This document shows positions 62,762-64,000 of a DNA stretch of 64,000 bases, one piece after another. The number at the start of each line of letters is the position of its first letter. Position 1 is the stretch's first letter. The stretch lies in IMG/VR virus record IMGVR_UViG_3300034031_000046, positions 1 to 64,000 of that record. The stretch is one strand, 5' to 3'. A program made the translations under genes and the position numbers. The DNA is from a virus. The notes below the pieces were generated by a model, which saw only the letters and a list, made by a program, of their open reading frames with translations, did not search any database and was not told the DNA's origin.

Positions 62762-62774
62762 TGGAGGCCCTGCG

Positions 62775-63470
62775 ATGACCCCGGACCCCGAAGCCTTTCG
62801 CGCGTTATTCGCGGAGCAGGGCGAACCCATTCTCTGGTTCCCCGCGATTCCCTGCACCTGCTATCGCGCTGGCAATAACGACTACACGTTCTCCTGCCCA
62901 CTCAACTGCCAGCACGGCTATCTCTATTCGCAGCAGACGGTGGCCGCCAACGGCCAGACTCTCTCGACGGTGGATGCATCGGGCCTGCCGACGGATGGTC
63001 CGCGCGCGGTCATCCAGATGAAAAAGACCGAGCTCGTCAACACGAGTTCGGGAATGTTTCAGGGATTTGGCGACGGCACCATCATGACGATGGCGGACGA
63101 AATCCCGCTCGCGCGTCCCGACATGTATGTCCGGCTGACCGTCCGGGAACAGTATCGTGAGACGCTCCAGCGCGGCGTTGCCGATAAGCTCACCCATCCC
63201 TACGCCTTTCAGATTCTGGCGCTCGTCGGGACCACGGGGACCCGGCTCACCGAAGGCAAGGATTACCGGCTCGACACGGCGACCAATTCCGTTGTCTGGC
63301 TTTCAAACGCCGTGGCCGAAAACGGAAAGTACTCTCTGGCTTACTACTATCGCCCGCGCTTCTGGTTTCTGGGTGTGCTCGACAAGAGCGCTCGTCCGGC
63401 TCCATCCGGCGGACTGCTCGCTGATCGCGGCGTCATTACGGTGCGCCATCCATCGACGTTTAACGGGTAA
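62775..63470 (+). CDS. hypothetical structural protein
   Basis: GGAGG 7 nt upstream. 231 aa. Confidence 0.55.
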   Translation: MTPDPEAFRALFAEQGEPILWFPAIPCTCYRAGNNDYTFSCPLNCQHGYLYSQQTVAANGQTLSTVDASGLPTDGPRAVIQMKKTELVNTSSGMFQGFGDGTIMTMADEIPLARPDMYVRLTVREQYRETLQRGVADKLTHPYAFQILALVGTTGTRLTEGKDYRLDTATNSVVWLSNAVAENGKYSLAYYYRPRFWFLGVLDKSARPAPSGGLLADRGVITVRHPSTFNG

Positions 63471-63476
63471 ACCTTT

Positions 63477-64000
63477 ATGCCCAACGCGGGACTCTTTCGT
63501 TTCGCACGCGAGACGGCTCATATCTTCGCGCCTACAACCGGCTCCTCGGTAACAGCCAGCGTGCAGTCGCTTCTCTCGCTTCCCCAAGCGGCGTCTCTTC
63601 CACTGGCCCCGGCACGAGCTCGTGCCGCCGGTGCCAACGCGTGGCCGCTGGCGTTGCCGCCGGTGGCAGCAAGTCCCTACGCGACACGTACCCCGACTGT
63701 AGGCAAAACCGTTCCACGCCCGTACCAAGTCCTGACGAGCAGCGACACAGGCGAGATGGAGATCCAGCAGCCGCTTTTGATGGATGTCACGGGCATGCCT
63801 TCGTTTCATCTTTACCAGCACGCGACATCGGGCAATTTCGTGATGTCCCTGCAGCGCAAGACGCAGTACATGAGCGATGTGCAGCCGGGAGATCTGGCTG
63901 GCATTCGCGCCCTTGGCGACGCGATGTATGAAATGCTCAAACACATGTCGCAGGGTCCCTACAAGACGCCGACGCTGCGCGCGATGGGGCATCCCTACGG
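63477..64000 (+). CDS. hypothetical protein, 3'-truncated by the window end
   Basis: My own translation from the ATG at 63477 (MPNAGLFRFARE...) has no stop up to 64000. Absent from the ORF track because it is open-ended. Confidence 0.55.
   Translation, partial: MPNAGLFRFARETAHIFAPTTGSSVTASVQSLLSLPQAASLPLAPARARAAGANAWPLALPPVAASPYATRTPTVGKTVPRPYQVLTSSDTGEMEIQQPLLMDVTGMPSFHLYQHATSGNFVMSLQRKTQYMSDVQPGDLAGIRALGDAMYEMLKHMSQGPYKTPTLRAMGHPY

Overview
This window reads as about 64 kb of a high-GC (roughly 58-62% by eye) tailed dsDNA phage or prophage genome. I found no rRNA, tRNA, CRISPR array, integrase or transposase. All calls rest on reading the supplied ORF translations and the DNA by eye, with no database search, so family names are motif-level recognitions.

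The genes form three transcription blocks.

1. **1-42.9 kb, plus strand.**
   - Replication, nucleic-acid and host-takeover genes: a PD-(D/E)xK-like protein, a SpoT/Mesh1-type (p)ppGpp hydrolase, an SNF2 helicase, a HAD phosphatase with an Rnl5-type RNA ligase, a J-domain protein, ASCH and DUF6884-like proteins, and an N6-adenine methyltransferase carrying a RanBP2-type zinc finger.
   - A packaging and head module: a TerL-like protein with degenerate ATPase motifs, a portal, a metallophosphoesterase, a 5'(3')-deoxyribonucleotidase, a dNMP kinase and a MuF-like protein.
   - A 16-kb run of giant multidomain (polyvalent-type) proteins: a 1055-aa zinc-ribbon + pyrophosphatase-like + sigma-70-like fusion, a roughly 1380-aa helicase, a VRR-NUC nuclease, a membrane-anchored BCS1-like AAA+ ATPase and a 1146-aa SNF2/DEAD helicase.
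2. **43.1-55.4 kb, minus strand.** An early-type block split into operons by a conserved promoter-like element of about 37 bp. It encodes an ECF sigma factor, a ParB-like protein, two PAPS-reductase/DndC-like PP-loop enzymes, a second DNA methyltransferase, a SWIM zinc-finger protein and many small unknowns.
3. **55.5-64 kb, plus strand.** A late structural block: prohead protease, scaffold, major capsid protein and downstream head/connector candidates. It is preceded by a consensus sigma-70 promoter, a leader of about 155 nt and a strong terminator.

The most unusual signals are three families of exact dispersed DNA motifs.
- The TCGACCGTACT half-site, with two palindromic full sites.
- The 16-mer GTGCAC-TGCG-GTGCAC.
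- The leftward promoter element.

Also notable are the promoter-leader-terminator units in front of both late modules, the sigma-like domain buried in a giant protein, and the apparently inactivated TerL-like gene.
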